Notes: generated from the sequence alone by a model not told the origin. Shown: positions 43,622 through 54,941, counted from the first letter of the stretch. The stretch is DNA of 64,000 nt from a bacterium (GCA_965205865.1 CBDBHR010000029.1:736001-800000), one strand, 5' to 3'. Numbers and translations: made by a program.

Positions 43622-44378
43622 TGAAGCTGCCGGGATCATTTGGGATTCCATGCGGGAAGGCATCCATTACCCGGAGGCCCTCAAGGGAAAACTGAAATTA
43701 GAAGACGCCAATGAGATCCAATTCAAAGTGTTGGAGCATTGGATCAATGCGGGAGAAAAACAGGCGGGTTGGAAAATTGGCATCACCAATGATCCCTTGC
43801 GTCGTGCATTCAACCTAGATGCTCCCCTCTTTGGCTATCTGTTGGAAAGTCGCAAGTTTTCAAGTGGAATTGCGTTTCAGTACGACGATATCCTCAATCC
43901 CGCCATTGAAGCCGAACTCTATTTTACGATGAGTGAGCGCCTCGAAGGTCCCGGGGCGACCAAAGAACAGGCGCTGAATGCCGTCGGCTCAGTGGCGCCA
44001 GCTTTTGAGCTCGTCTCGCTTCGTGGCAACATGGCCGCGGATATTCCATTGGCGGTTGCAGACAACATCAACCAGTGGGGTTATGTCACCGGCGAGGAAA
44101 TCTCTCCTTATCCACGGGATTTGGATCTCGGAGAAGTGGTGGCGGATATCAAAACCAACGACTCGGAATTTTTTAAAGGTCGCGGCAGCGAGGTAATTGA
44201 CAACCAACTCGCCTCTCTCGCCTGGCTTGCCAACCAACTTGCCAAATACGGCAGGGCATTGGAAGCGGGGCACTGTATCATGTCGGGCTCTTTCATCAAA
44301 CCCACTCCCATTGCCAAAGGAGACCGCTGGCTAACCCATTTCTCCTCCATTGGTACGGTATCGGCCAGTTTTGATTAG
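43611..44378 (+). CDS. 2-keto-4-pentenoate hydratase-like (FAH family)
   Basis: GWKIG, IEAEL, ADN, IMSGSF. Confidence 0.85.
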   Translation: MKADEAAGIIWDSMREGIHYPEALKGKLKLEDANEIQFKVLEHWINAGEKQAGWKIGITNDPLRRAFNLDAPLFGYLLESRKFSSGIAFQYDDILNPAIEAELYFTMSERLEGPGATKEQALNAVGSVAPAFELVSLRGNMAADIPLAVADNINQWGYVTGEEISPYPRDLDLGEVVADIKTNDSEFFKGRGSEVIDNQLASLAWLANQLAKYGRALEAGHCIMSGSFIKPTPIAKGDRWLTHFSSIGTVSASFD

Positions 44379-44413
44379 AGTTTGACGAACGCGGATTTGT
44401 CTGGCGTGGTTTA

Positions 44414-45652
44414 TTACCAATGATATCCCAGGCTTGCGGAAATGACCCGAGCCGATCCTTCGTATTTTCCGGGAAGTTCCGACAACGTCGATGTTCCTTC
44501 GGGAAAAGTCACGGTCAAAAAGGCAATCTCGACAAATAAGCGATCCCGTTTCACACCATAACCAAGGGCATACCCGAGTCGAGAAGTGTCTGGTGTCACG
44601 CCGTCCAGAGTTTCTTGGGGGATGGGACTTGGTTCGGAATAAATACCACCTCGCACGCGCATGTTGTTATTGCCCTGCCGGTTAAAAACATAATTACCAC
44701 TCAAAACCATGCTGACCGTATCATGCCAATCCTTTGGGGTAACGATGGTCTTGGAACCGGCCACTTCCTTTTCAAAATCGAATCTCAATTCACGGTAATT
44801 CGACCAACCGGTGTGGGTGATCGTCCATTCAACCATAAAATTCGGGTCTTGATCCTTGTCTTTCAAGGCTAGTCCCAAACGCGTCACACCGGGCAAGTGA
44901 AAATCTGCTTTCAGCTTCCCATCAGGAAAGCGGGGAGTCAATTGCACGGTGAGTTCGTCACTGGTATCAAAAAGAACCGCTGCCTCACTGGTCTGCAGAA
45001 TGGCAGGACTGTGATACTGGATTCCCAGATTCCATTGTTTTTCATTGAAAAAAAACGAAGCGTTGTAGCCGACTGCGGATCCTGTTCCTCCCAATTCCGT
45101 CCTGATTTCATTGTCATCGTTGACAGTCAAAGCCACCCTTTGCAGATTGACGCTTCCTTCGTAAATATCGATGCCAGCCCCCAAAGCGAATTTTCCAAAA
45201 CGTCGCGCAACGACGGGGGATGTATTTCCGATACTGAGATCCACCTTCGAAATGACCCGTCGTCCTACGAAATCTTCTCCCCAATCCAGGACACTGTTGA
45301 AGGGAAAACTTTGACTGATACCCACGGCGGTAGCGCCGAAGTTTTTCACGGTACTCACAAAAAGCCCTGTTGCCGATTCCGCTTTGGTGGAACCTTTGCC
45401 ATGCTCTCCCTCGAATGTGAAACGTGGGGACGAATGCGTCACCCCCGCCAACACATGGTATCCCTTTTTCAAAAACGTCATGGCGGCTGGCAAATCCTGA
45501 GCCGTGGTCGAGGATTCATACCTGGTGATGCCCCCTGTCGCCTGTCCCAGGGAAGCGGTATCAGTATAGGGAGAATGAAAGCCGTTGCCCCAGGCAATAT
45601 TTGAGAAAATCAATAGGCTCAAGAGGCCTAATCCCGTATTTTTAACATCCAA
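44414..45652 (-). CDS. FadL/TodX-family outer-membrane transporter
   Basis: Signal peptide, GNGF..LGQA, PAAMT, C-terminal LGYHW. Confidence 0.85.
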   Translation of the reverse strand: MDVKNTGLGLLSLLIFSNIAWGNGFHSPYTDTASLGQATGGITRYESSTTAQDLPAAMTFLKKGYHVLAGVTHSSPRFTFEGEHGKGSTKAESATGLFVSTVKNFGATAVGISQSFPFNSVLDWGEDFVGRRVISKVDLSIGNTSPVVARRFGKFALGAGIDIYEGSVNLQRVALTVNDDNEIRTELGGTGSAVGYNASFFFNEKQWNLGIQYHSPAILQTSEAAVLFDTSDELTVQLTPRFPDGKLKADFHLPGVTRLGLALKDKDQDPNFMVEWTITHTGWSNYRELRFDFEKEVAGSKTIVTPKDWHDTVSMVLSGNYVFNRQGNNNMRVRGGIYSEPSPIPQETLDGVTPDTSRLGYALGYGVKRDRLFVEIAFLTVTFPEGTSTLSELPGKYEGSARVISASLGYHW

Positions 45653-45753
45653 ACGATTTCTCCAATGCGAGTATGTGTGGATTCCGGGAAACAGGAATTT
45701 CGTTCATTTGCCAGTCTTTTTGTGTTGAAAGTCGATTTCTCATTGTTTCTTTT

Positions 45754-48015
45754 TTATTGCGTACAAGTGGGTGGATTTATGGTATCGGAAGGATCGAGAA
45801 TGTTTCCGGTAATCAAGTAACACAATGCCTGCAACTGCGCCTTTGTAGTTGCCGTGGTTTTCCTATCAATGAAAAAAGCGTGTGCTGCAGGATTCCCGTC
45901 GGCGCTTGTCGAATAATTATCAGGATTGAAAATCCATTGAACCCGCGTTGTGGAACTTTCAACCTGACCTTCCCCATCCCTCTTTTTCGTCAGCCCCATA
46001 CTGCGCGCCAACAATTCGGAATTGCTGTTGGGAATCACGGCGTCCCCCTTTATTTCTTGCAGCAAGACACTTGCCGGAGTGTCGCGGTTAGCGAAAACAA
46101 GCGGTTCGACGTTCCCGGCAGCCACTGCATGCATCGTACCCAATTCCAAACCCAACAAGACGGCATTCAACTCCGCTGAAGGATTCTGCAACCCCAACGA
46201 TTCGGCCACTGCCGTTTCGATGTCAGGTCCGAAGGCCGGGCTTTCCAGAACGAAATCGGTGATATCCCCTCCAGGAGTATTCAGAACCATCCGTTGATAA
46301 GGTGGGGGCTCCATACCATTGAGACGATCGAGTATGACAGCCACCATGGAGCCGAAGACTCCGCCCAGCGAATGTCCTACAAAATGAGTGGGACTGGTAT
46401 CCGTTAAACCCAGAGCATTGCGCAGGGACGAATTTTCTTTAATCAGGGTGGTCAATTGCCCCATATCCGCCAGGGTTTGCTCAATGTATCCTGCACTCAA
46501 AAGAGGTTTATCAGGACGAATGAAGCGGAGACCGGAGTCTCCCTGAGAAGTGGCATCGCTCGGTGTTGCGGGCTCGACGGAGCCATCCCTGTCTCCATCT
46601 TCGTAAGTACGCGTGCCATGACCCCAAATATCAATGGCGATTGTCGCCAGACCTGCTCCGGCAAAAGTATTGGCCACTGCAATAAAATCATCCCTGTTGC
46701 GGGTGATTCCATGCTGGTAAATCACGACCCCCGTGGTGGAAATTACGGGATCTGCCAACCAGAATTCAATCTTTCCTTCAAATGCGTTTTCCGTATGGGG
46801 ACAATCCGTTCCCGGAACGGTGGCCCGGTTGATTAAATCGAGAGTCCAGACAGGATTCTCAGCGCTGCCGGAATTGGCGAGAAAATTCTGGCAGTTATAA
46901 AAACCACTCAATATTCTGTCGATATTATTTACTGGCACACCCGAACCTTGGAAAAACGGTTTAAAATTAAAGGCACTATTTTCAATCGAAGTGATTGAGG
47001 TTTGGGTTTCCCATTCGATGTCATTGTTCCTCGCGTTATTGGAATCGACTGCATTGCTAAACATCGCCGTCATAAGGGATTCTCCTGCAGCAGATTCAGC
47101 AGCGGTCGAGAACTCTGTCGTGAAGGTCTGCACGACTGCGACGTCGTCTTTATCCTGACCGGATGCCGTCAAAATGGAAGCAATGCCTTGTCTCAGACTT
47201 TCTAATCCGATAACGGTTTGTAAGTCCGTATCTTGGGCGATCAGCAAAGGATTTTTGATGGATGTTCCTTCATGGAGAGGATCCTCACTTTTCAAAACGG
47301 CAAACAAAATATCCTCGATCAGTCCTTCCTTAAGACTTTTCTTGACGATGACGGCATATTTACGGCCTTTATTGAAAGTCCCACCTGTCGTGGAAGTTGT
47401 GCTTTGAGGAACCAATACCAAATCATGATTGGCATCTTGATAGACTGTTTTGAATTTTCCCGTGTACGTTCGTCCTTGCAATGGCACGCTGATGAAATTG
47501 CCGGCCACGTCATTCGTTGGCAGTGCCAGGAAAGGGCTCTCCTCCGCGACCGCCATTGGATCAGCCAGAGACGCCTGGTAGCCCGACAATGTTTCCGGAT
47601 CTGCTTTGGCAGCATCCGAAAGTCCGAGAGGCACGATCAGAATATTACTGGCCCACGTTGCTGCCCTCATCATTCCAGCTGCCGAGGAATAATCAAAATC
47701 AGGCACGTCGATACTGTTGGTGAATGGAATCCTTATGGGCATATTGGGGCTCATCCCATTGAGTTCGTCTTCGCCGTCAGAAGCCCGTCTTGCATTGATG
47801 CGAGACAGGATCAGATCATTGGGCAACGGCACCCGACCGGCATCAGTAGAATACTGAGCTACTATCAAGTTTTCCGAATCCAGGGTTTCTTCACCCTCTT
47901 CGATGTCGGGCTCGGGATCTCCTTTCGAAGAGGTGATCAGTTCGTCCGAACACCCGTGTAAGAGAAAAACGATAAGCACTGCTAGCAGCCATCCTTGTTT
48001 CAAGTTCATGGTCAT
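45754..48015 (-). CDS. Lipoprotein lipase (Pla-1/VolA-like alpha/beta hydrolase)
   Basis: Lipobox LLHGC, PLPND, YQHGIT, GHSLG, DAVIPN. Confidence 0.8.
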   Translation of the reverse strand: MTMNLKQGWLLAVLIVFLLHGCSDELITSSKGDPEPDIEEGEETLDSENLIVAQYSTDAGRVPLPNDLILSRINARRASDGEDELNGMSPNMPIRIPFTNSIDVPDFDYSSAAGMMRAATWASNILIVPLGLSDAAKADPETLSGYQASLADPMAVAEESPFLALPTNDVAGNFISVPLQGRTYTGKFKTVYQDANHDLVLVPQSTTSTTGGTFNKGRKYAVIVKKSLKEGLIEDILFAVLKSEDPLHEGTSIKNPLLIAQDTDLQTVIGLESLRQGIASILTASGQDKDDVAVVQTFTTEFSTAAESAAGESLMTAMFSNAVDSNNARNNDIEWETQTSITSIENSAFNFKPFFQGSGVPVNNIDRILSGFYNCQNFLANSGSAENPVWTLDLINRATVPGTDCPHTENAFEGKIEFWLADPVISTTGVVIYQHGITRNRDDFIAVANTFAGAGLATIAIDIWGHGTRTYEDGDRDGSVEPATPSDATSQGDSGLRFIRPDKPLLSAGYIEQTLADMGQLTTLIKENSSLRNALGLTDTSPTHFVGHSLGGVFGSMVAVILDRLNGMEPPPYQRMVLNTPGGDITDFVLESPAFGPDIETAVAESLGLQNPSAELNAVLLGLELGTMHAVAAGNVEPLVFANRDTPASVLLQEIKGDAVIPNSNSELLARSMGLTKKRDGEGQVESSTTRVQWIFNPDNYSTSADGNPAAHAFFIDRKTTATTKAQLQALCYLITGNILDPSDTINPPTCTQ

Positions 48016-48335
48016 GGTTCCTCCATCGTGGGAATGAGATCTGTCCTCGTGAGTGCGCCTTTTTCTATATAAAAAAGACTTCAAAATTCACGAATTCTGA
48101 GAAAAAGTGTTCCAGGAATTCCGTTTTTTGCTGTTTTTTGAAGCAATAATATCAGAGGAAACCTGATAAAATCAAGAAAATAAAAAAATCGATTCCCGCA
48201 ATGGATTTTGCTTAAACGCTGGATCTCATTCCACCAATCGTGATACAAGACTTCAGCGCAGTTGAAATTCAGGGAACGAGAAATGCTACGTTCTCAATTA
48301 TTCATTACTCCTCTTAACGTCAGGAAAATCAAAAT

Positions 48336-49997
48336 ATGCAAACCATGACGGGTCGTTCCGCCTTTTTGGCATTGTTGAAAGATGAAGGTATTCGCTATTT
48401 GTTTGGTAATCCCGGAACCACTGAGTTGCCTATTATGGCCGCTTTATCCGAACATACGGATTTGGCCTATGTATTGGGTTTGCAGGAAGCGGTGGTGGTT
48501 GCCATGGCCGACGGTTTTTCACGGGCATCCGGTAATTTGTCGGCCTGTAACGTGCATGTGGCGCCAGGTCTCGGCAATGCCATGGGTTCTCTCTTCAATG
48601 CCAAATGGTACGGCTCTCCCATATTGGTCACTGCGGGCCAGCAGGAACAAGGTCATGGATTGACAGAACCAATGTTGTACGATCCGTTGCTCCCGATTGC
48701 TTCTCCTATGGTGAAGTGGGCAGTTGAAGTCAATCGACTTCAGGACATGCCACGCATTGTAAGGCGCGCCGCAAAAATCGCCATGACGCCACCGACGGGT
48801 CCGGTGTTTCTCTCGTTACCAGGAGACATCCTCAATGATCAAATGGCCCTCGAACTGGGACAATCCTCGCGAGTGGATTCGGTCACCCGACCAAGTGATA
48901 TGGCGATGGGAAGATTAGCCGATCGAATCCTGGCTGCGGAACATCCGGTGATACTTGCGGGACACGAACTCAGTTCAAGGGATGCGTTAGATGAAGCAGC
49001 CCGATTAGCTGAAGCGTTGGGAGCACCGGTTTACCAGCAGACCGTTCCTCACGCAGCTCATTTTTTTTCGAACCATATCGCATTCATGGGTGCTTTGAGT
49101 CGCAACCAACATGAGGTGCGCACGACCCTGGGAGCGCACGACCTGCTCATTTGTCTCGGGGCTGACGTCTTGCGCATGTCGGTCTGGAATCCACTGGAAC
49201 CATTACCCGACAACATGCCTGTCATTCAAATTGGGGAACGGGATTGGGAGTTGGCAAAAAATTATCCTGCGGAAATCGCCATTCATGCGGATGTCAAGGA
49301 AACTCTACAGACTCTATTGCCAGTACTGCACGCGCGATGCGGTGAAGAAAAAAGAATTGCCAACACGCATCGTTTGCATGACCTGAAAACACGAAATTGG
49401 ACCGCCATGCGTGACAAATTACGCGAGGAAACGCAGAAGGCGGCCACTCGCACGCCCATTGATCCACGGGTCTTGATGATGCGCCTTGCCGAGACATTAC
49501 CGAAAAATGCCGTGCTCGTGGACGAAGGGCTCACAGCTTCCAATTCGCTGCTCGGCTTTCTGCCATTTCGGGATGCGCGTTGTTATTACGGATTGGCAAG
49601 CGGAGGTATTGGTTTTGCAGTTGCGGGCGCAATCGGAATTCATTTGGCCCTGCCGGAACGGCCTTTGCTGGCCTTGATCGGCGACGGCAGTTCCCTATAC
49701 AACATCCAAGCCCTGTGGACGGCAGCAAACATGAAATTGCCGATCACTTACGTCATTGCGAACAACCAGAGTTACCGCATCTTGAAAGACCGCCTGTTGG
49801 CCTTCCAGGGAAGCAATAACTTCATTGGCATGGATCTTCGTGACCCGGAAATCGATTTTGTCGGACTTGCTCAATCATTGGGTTTGCAAGCTTGCCGTAT
49901 CACGGAACCCGATGCAATTGCCCCTACGTTGAGACGGGCGTTTGAAGATGGCACCGGACCTCAACTAATCGAAGTATTAATCGACGACGGGTTCTAA
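48336..49997 (+). CDS. TPP-dependent enzyme, benzoylformate decarboxylase-like
   Basis: FGNPGTTELP, GDGSSLY..NNQSY. Confidence 0.88.
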   Translation: MQTMTGRSAFLALLKDEGIRYLFGNPGTTELPIMAALSEHTDLAYVLGLQEAVVVAMADGFSRASGNLSACNVHVAPGLGNAMGSLFNAKWYGSPILVTAGQQEQGHGLTEPMLYDPLLPIASPMVKWAVEVNRLQDMPRIVRRAAKIAMTPPTGPVFLSLPGDILNDQMALELGQSSRVDSVTRPSDMAMGRLADRILAAEHPVILAGHELSSRDALDEAARLAEALGAPVYQQTVPHAAHFFSNHIAFMGALSRNQHEVRTTLGAHDLLICLGADVLRMSVWNPLEPLPDNMPVIQIGERDWELAKNYPAEIAIHADVKETLQTLLPVLHARCGEEKRIANTHRLHDLKTRNWTAMRDKLREETQKAATRTPIDPRVLMMRLAETLPKNAVLVDEGLTASNSLLGFLPFRDARCYYGLASGGIGFAVAGAIGIHLALPERPLLALIGDGSSLYNIQALWTAANMKLPITYVIANNQSYRILKDRLLAFQGSNNFIGMDLRDPEIDFVGLAQSLGLQACRITEPDAIAPTLRRAFEDGTGPQLIEVLIDDGF

Positions 49998-50165
49998 AAT
50001 GCCACAAGAAAAAATTATATAAAGCAATGGTTCTGACATTTTTTTTTAATTCCCATTAATAAATTGAAAATAAATCATTTCAAATACTTAGAAAAAGTAT
50101 CTGAATTATTTACAACTCTGAGTCAGTTTCTCAGTTTGAAATAATTCAAGCAATCCCGATGACCG

Positions 50166-50243
50166 TGTCATGCCTGACTTGATCAGGCATCCAGAAGTTC
50201 ATCAGCAAATACTCTGGATTCCTGGTCAAGCCATAGAATGACA
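50166..50243. repeat. REP-like palindromic element
   Basis: TGTCATGCCTGACTTGATCAGGCATCCAG...CTGGATTCCTGGTCAAGCCATAGAATGACA. Confidence 0.7.
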
Positions 50244-50574
50244 TTGATTCTTGCGTACAGATTGATTCTGCGTACAGAACAAAGAATACTTCACAGATAT
50301 TTCAAAACTGTTAGAAGTATTTATAAAGGAATCAAAGCATGATCACCCTCATGCTCAAATGTTCTTGTTTTCGGTATGGCATTCGTCTACCAATTCGGCA
50401 TCGGCGCCATTATCGAGCTTTGGCCTGCCGACGCGGATGGAGTCTATCCCGAGCGCGCTTACTTCGCTGCGTTTCTCGTTGTCGTCGTTACGCAGGCTGC
50501 AGCATTGATTTGGAAATTGCTAACCACTCGGAAAAACAATCGTCAGGAAACCGGCTGAGTATGGCGCGTTTTCA

Positions 50575-51624
50575 TCATGCTATATAAGCATCCATGCTTT
50601 CACTGGTCGCGGTTGGTCTGGCGATAGAGGCAATCATCTTGTCCATTCCGATCGAACCGACAGACTTGGCCTTATGGGTAACAATGGCCGTGCGGGTACC
50701 GGCTTTCAGAAGCACCTGCAGCGCATCCTCGATCGTCGTATCCTGTTCGATCCTCAGTCCGGTCTCCGGTTTCCCGCTATCCATGATGGAGGCAATTTGC
50801 AAAACGCGCCCTCGGTTTATGTCTTTGATGAAATCAGACACGTAACCGTCTGCCGGATTCAGAATGATGTCCTGGGAGGATCCCTGTTGGACAACCTCGC
50901 CATCCCGGAGAATGGCAATGTTGTCCCCAATGCGGAGGGCTTCATCCAAATCGTGCGTGATGAAAATTATGGTTTTGCGCAGTTCTCCTTGCAATTCCAA
51001 AAGTATATCTTGCATCTCGGTGCGGATGAGTGGGTCCAAGGCCGAGAACGGTTCATCCATCAGCAGGATTTCCGCATCCGTGGCCAAAGAGCGCGCCAGA
51101 CCCACCCGCTGCTGCATACCACCGGACAATTGAGCAGGATACTGGCTTTCACACCCCGTCAGCCCGACGTCCTCGATCCACTTCTTACAGCACTCTTCGG
51201 CCTCCTGCTTGGGTACCTCCTGGATCATCAGTCCATAGGCGACATTTTCCTTGACGGTGCGATGAGGTAACAATGCGAACTTTTGAAAGACCATGGATGC
51301 CTGGAACCTGCGAAAATCGCGCAATTCCGTTTTGCTCATCTCCAGAACATTGCGCTTGTCGACTATGATCTCACCCACAGTAGGTTCAATCAACCTGTTG
51401 ATATGGCGCAATAAAGTGGATTTGCCAGATCCGGACAGACCCATGATGACCTGGATTTTGCTCGCTTGAATATCGATATTGACATCGCGCAGCCCCAGCA
51501 CGTGGTTATGGCTGTTCAGTAAATCCTGCTTGGAAATTCCCTCTTTGACGCAGTCTACCATGTCGCTTGGATTCAAACCGAATATCTTGTATAGATTCTT
51601 GATGCTGACTTTGACCTCAGACAC
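50575..51624 (-). CDS. proV: Glycine betaine/proline ABC ATPase
   Basis: GLSGSGKS, LSGGMQQR, DEPFSALDP. Confidence 0.9.
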   Translation of the reverse strand: MSEVKVSIKNLYKIFGLNPSDMVDCVKEGISKQDLLNSHNHVLGLRDVNIDIQASKIQVIMGLSGSGKSTLLRHINRLIEPTVGEIIVDKRNVLEMSKTELRDFRRFQASMVFQKFALLPHRTVKENVAYGLMIQEVPKQEAEECCKKWIEDVGLTGCESQYPAQLSGGMQQRVGLARSLATDAEILLMDEPFSALDPLIRTEMQDILLELQGELRKTIIFITHDLDEALRIGDNIAILRDGEVVQQGSSQDIILNPADGYVSDFIKDINRGRVLQIASIMDSGKPETGLRIEQDTTIEDALQVLLKAGTRTAIVTHKAKSVGSIGMDKMIASIARPTATSESMDAYIA

Positions 51625-52507
51625 CTTGTCCTCCTTCCCGGTGCTTTTGCAAGCGTTTGCCAAATTTTTGAGAGACACGATCGAAAATGATGGCCAGTGC
51701 CACAATTGCCAGACCATTCATCAACCCCAGCGCCAGATATTGGTTGGAAATTGCGCGCAGCACCGGCATACCCAATCCCCTCACCCCAATCATCGAAGCA
51801 ACCACCACCATCGCCAGGGCCATCATGATGGTCTGGTTCACACCGGCAAAAATATTGGGTAACGCCAGTGGAATCTGAACACTGAACAGTTTCTCGCGGT
51901 AACTCGCTCCAAATGCGTCTGCAGCCTCCAAAACCTCCTTGTCCACCAATCGGATGCCCAAGTTCGTCAACCTCACCACCGGAGGCATGGCATAGATACA
52001 TACTGCCAGTAACCCTGGTACTTTGCCGATGCCCAACAACATGACGACAGGAATCAGATAGACGAAACTCGGAATCGTCTGCATGACGTCCAACACCGGT
52101 GTGATAATGGACTGCACGCGGTTTGAACGCGCCATCACTATCCCCAGCGGAATACCGAAAGCGATGCAAAGAAGCGAAGCCACGGAGATGATGGCCAAGG
52201 TTGCCATCGTGTCTTCCCACATGCCGAAATAGCCGATCACGAGAAAGGAAACCACGGTGCCTGTTACGACCATCCAACTGCGCGATCCCAAGAAAACCAG
52301 GGCCGCAATCACCAGGATGATCACCGGCCAGGGGGTGTCCACCAACAATTTTTCGAACCAAACCAGAAAACGAAGCAACGGTTCAAAAAAAGACTCCAAT
52401 GCGTCACCGTATGCGCGAGAAAAATCACGAAACCCCAAATCGATGGCTTTTTTCAGGTCACGCAATTCCAGGCGATCCATTGTTGGGAATTCGTTGAAAA
52501 AATCCAT
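51617..52507 (-). CDS. proW: Glycine betaine/proline ABC permease
   Basis: LDVMQTIPSFVYLIP, EAADAFG. Confidence 0.9.
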   Translation of the reverse strand: MDFFNEFPTMDRLELRDLKKAIDLGFRDFSRAYGDALESFFEPLLRFLVWFEKLLVDTPWPVIILVIAALVFLGSRSWMVVTGTVVSFLVIGYFGMWEDTMATLAIISVASLLCIAFGIPLGIVMARSNRVQSIITPVLDVMQTIPSFVYLIPVVMLLGIGKVPGLLAVCIYAMPPVVRLTNLGIRLVDKEVLEAADAFGASYREKLFSVQIPLALPNIFAGVNQTIMMALAMVVVASMIGVRGLGMPVLRAISNQYLALGLMNGLAIVALAIIFDRVSQKFGKRLQKHREGGQGV

Positions 52508-52590
52508 CTTGATGGCTCTTTATGGTTGAGAGCTAACGGACTTCCTGGTGAAAAATAGCCAGGAAGTCCGGGAAAATTCCATTTGAGAAA

Positions 52591-53649
52591 TTAGAATGCG
52601 GCTTTCACTTTAGCGCTGACTTCAGCTGAAACCCACTGGGTCCATAATTCTTCGTGTTTTTGTAGAAATTCCATTGCGGCATCAGCACCATCCGCTTGGT
52701 TTTCTTGCATATAAACCAACATGCCGTTCAAGATATCCCCCGGAAAAACACGATTGCTCAAATATTCCACTGCCTTGCCTTCTTCTTCTACCATCCTATT
52801 CGTGACCATGGTGGCTACTTCGGATTGGGTCCAGGCAGAGGGCTTCGGATCAGCGCATTCTAGTTCGGGTTTGACCATACAGCCGTCCCAGTTTTCACTA
52901 CCGGCGAAGGGTACGCCGAAAGGAACTTTGATCATTTTATATTTACCGATTATGGCGGTGGGCGACCAGTAATAACCGAACCAGTTTTCACCGCGTTCAA
53001 CGGCCTTGGTCATCGACCCGTCAAGACCGGCTGCAGAGCCCGGGTCGATCAACAACCAGCCTTTACTTTCCATTTCGAAAGCGCGAAACATGTTCATATT
53101 GGTCTGTTGACAACCCCAACCGGCGGGACAGCCGACAAATGCCCCCTTCGACCGATCTTCCGGATGGGGGAACAATTCCGGGCGTTCCAGAATATCCAGA
53201 ACGGTTTTCAACTCCGGATGCTTCTCAGCCGTATGAGGTGGAATCCACCAACCCTCGCCAAGTCCGGTTATCGGACCGGTATTCACAGCGTGCAAACGGC
53301 CTTCGTCGGTGGCCATTTTCATCAGTTCACGCACTGCATTGGTCCAAAACTCGCCAGCAACATCCGGCTGGCCCTTTTCGTTCATTGAAGTGAAGGTTGG
53401 CACGGTGTCTCCGGGTACCAACTCCACATCACAATCATAACCTTTTTCCAGGATGATCTTGTCAATATTGGCCATCAATTCCGCCGATGGCCAATTCATT
53501 TCCGCAATAGTGATGGACCCACAGGCAGCCAATGCCGGTCCCGAGATTAACATCGAACCAATCAACGCGATTGATCCGATTAAAGTGATGTTGAACAAAC
53601 GATTCAATTTACGAAAAGTACTTTCGGACTTTTTTATGAACGTAACCAT
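52591..53649 (-). CDS. proX: Glycine betaine ABC substrate-binding protein
   Basis: AEMNWPSA, GCPAGWGC, GYYWSP. Confidence 0.85.
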   Translation of the reverse strand: MVTFIKKSESTFRKLNRLFNITLIGSIALIGSMLISGPALAACGSITIAEMNWPSAELMANIDKIILEKGYDCDVELVPGDTVPTFTSMNEKGQPDVAGEFWTNAVRELMKMATDEGRLHAVNTGPITGLGEGWWIPPHTAEKHPELKTVLDILERPELFPHPEDRSKGAFVGCPAGWGCQQTNMNMFRAFEMESKGWLLIDPGSAAGLDGSMTKAVERGENWFGYYWSPTAIIGKYKMIKVPFGVPFAGSENWDGCMVKPELECADPKPSAWTQSEVATMVTNRMVEEEGKAVEYLSNRVFPGDILNGMLVYMQENQADGADAAMEFLQKHEELWTQWVSAEVSAKVKAAF

Positions 53650-54053
53650 GGTGTCTCCATTTAATTCAGTTAGTCGGAACAGCTTCCCCACGCGGGGTGC
53701 GGTTCCTGATGAGGAAAAATCGGGGAATCAGACTTATTCATATCCACCAATTTTTGATGATTGCGATAGCGTATTCGAGAATGAAATTACTATCACTTTA
53801 CCCGGATTTATGAAGCCTATCAGATCTATTCCCAAAACGCAAATAGCAGACTTTTGTCCTGAAAATTGTCTTTTCAGTCCATTTGGGAAGGCGAATTCGT
53901 ACTTCATACAAATAGACAGGAATTCAAATCCGGCATTCCAGTCTATGATAACAGGGAACAAGAAAAAGTCAAAGTCCACGGATTTTCAGACGACGGCTTA
54001 TTAAAAAGAGAACCTGATTCAGAAAAAAATGCGTTACCAGGAATTGAAAAAAC

Positions 54054-54941
54054 TCAGGAATTTATGCTCACCTGCATGTAACAAAACTTAAGCCAACTGG
54101 TGAAAAAAGAATACTGATGACCTCGCCAGCGGTTCACTGGCCGCTCCAACTCGAATCCGCTCAGCGCTGCGGGAGGTTCCCTGTCCACTTTGCGATTTGC
54201 TTCAGCAAACAGTCGCTGCGCATTATATTCCGGATGCCCCGTGTGCATGAGAAAACGATGGTCCGGCGTTTCAAATATGGCGTAACCGCACTGCTGACCA
54301 TACGCCAGCAAATTTATTCTTTTTTCTGCTTTTGCCTGTTCCATCACCGGGTTTTCGATCCAAGTCCGGCAATTTTGTGGACACAAAAACGTATCGTCCA
54401 ACTCCCCGGTAATAGGATGATATTGGTAGATATTTTGCATTTCAAACAGGCCAATTTGCCTTCGAGGAAGGAGAGTGCCCGCAATTCCTTCCAAAAAAGC
54501 AAGGGCCAGGGCGCCTCCCCCAATTCCCAGGATGCTGGGACAATTCGCTTTGGCATGCAAAAGAAGGCGACAGATTTCTTGCCAACCGTTCATGCGCTCG
54601 AGAGGGCTGGGTTGCAAAGACGTACCGTGGACAATCAATCCGTCCAAGGCTTCCTCTCGGAGAGCTTCTTCATAAAAAACATAAAATTCCGGGATCTCTT
54701 CCTCTCCCGGGAGATCTTGTCCCCGCAGCTTGATCCAGACCGGTTCGACTTGGATGATCGACAAACCCAGGGGATGGAGGAGATTTACTTTATCGTACAG
54801 GTCCACGGGCATGATCTGCAGGATCCCGATACGCATGGGGCGAATGTCCTGTCGCATGGCCTCTTGCCTGCGGATGCAAGTCACCCGGTTGGCTTCCAGG
54901 ATTGATTGGGCATGATAATTCTCTGGCAAAATGATCGTCAT
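54054..54941 (-). CDS. MetA (homoserine O-acyltransferase) homologue lacking the catalytic Cys
   Basis: QDIRPMRIGIL, DGLIVHG, TGHPEY, NRWRGH; IGGGA replaces the (I/V)CW(G/A) nucleophile motif. Confidence 0.8.
   Translation of the reverse strand: MTIILPENYHAQSILEANRVTCIRRQEAMRQDIRPMRIGILQIMPVDLYDKVNLLHPLGLSIIQVEPVWIKLRGQDLPGEEEIPEFYVFYEEALREEALDGLIVHGTSLQPSPLERMNGWQEICRLLLHAKANCPSILGIGGGALALAFLEGIAGTLLPRRQIGLFEMQNIYQYHPITGELDDTFLCPQNCRTWIENPVMEQAKAEKRINLLAYGQQCGYAIFETPDHRFLMHTGHPEYNAQRLFAEANRKVDREPPAALSGFELERPVNRWRGHQYSFFTSWLKFCYMQVSINS

Noticed and set aside
50031-50316. Possible MITE around the REP-like hairpin
   Set aside because: The terminal repeats are weak and there is no clear TSD.
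53650-53740. Riboswitch upstream of proX
   Set aside because: Only a single hairpin, with no recognisable riboswitch consensus.
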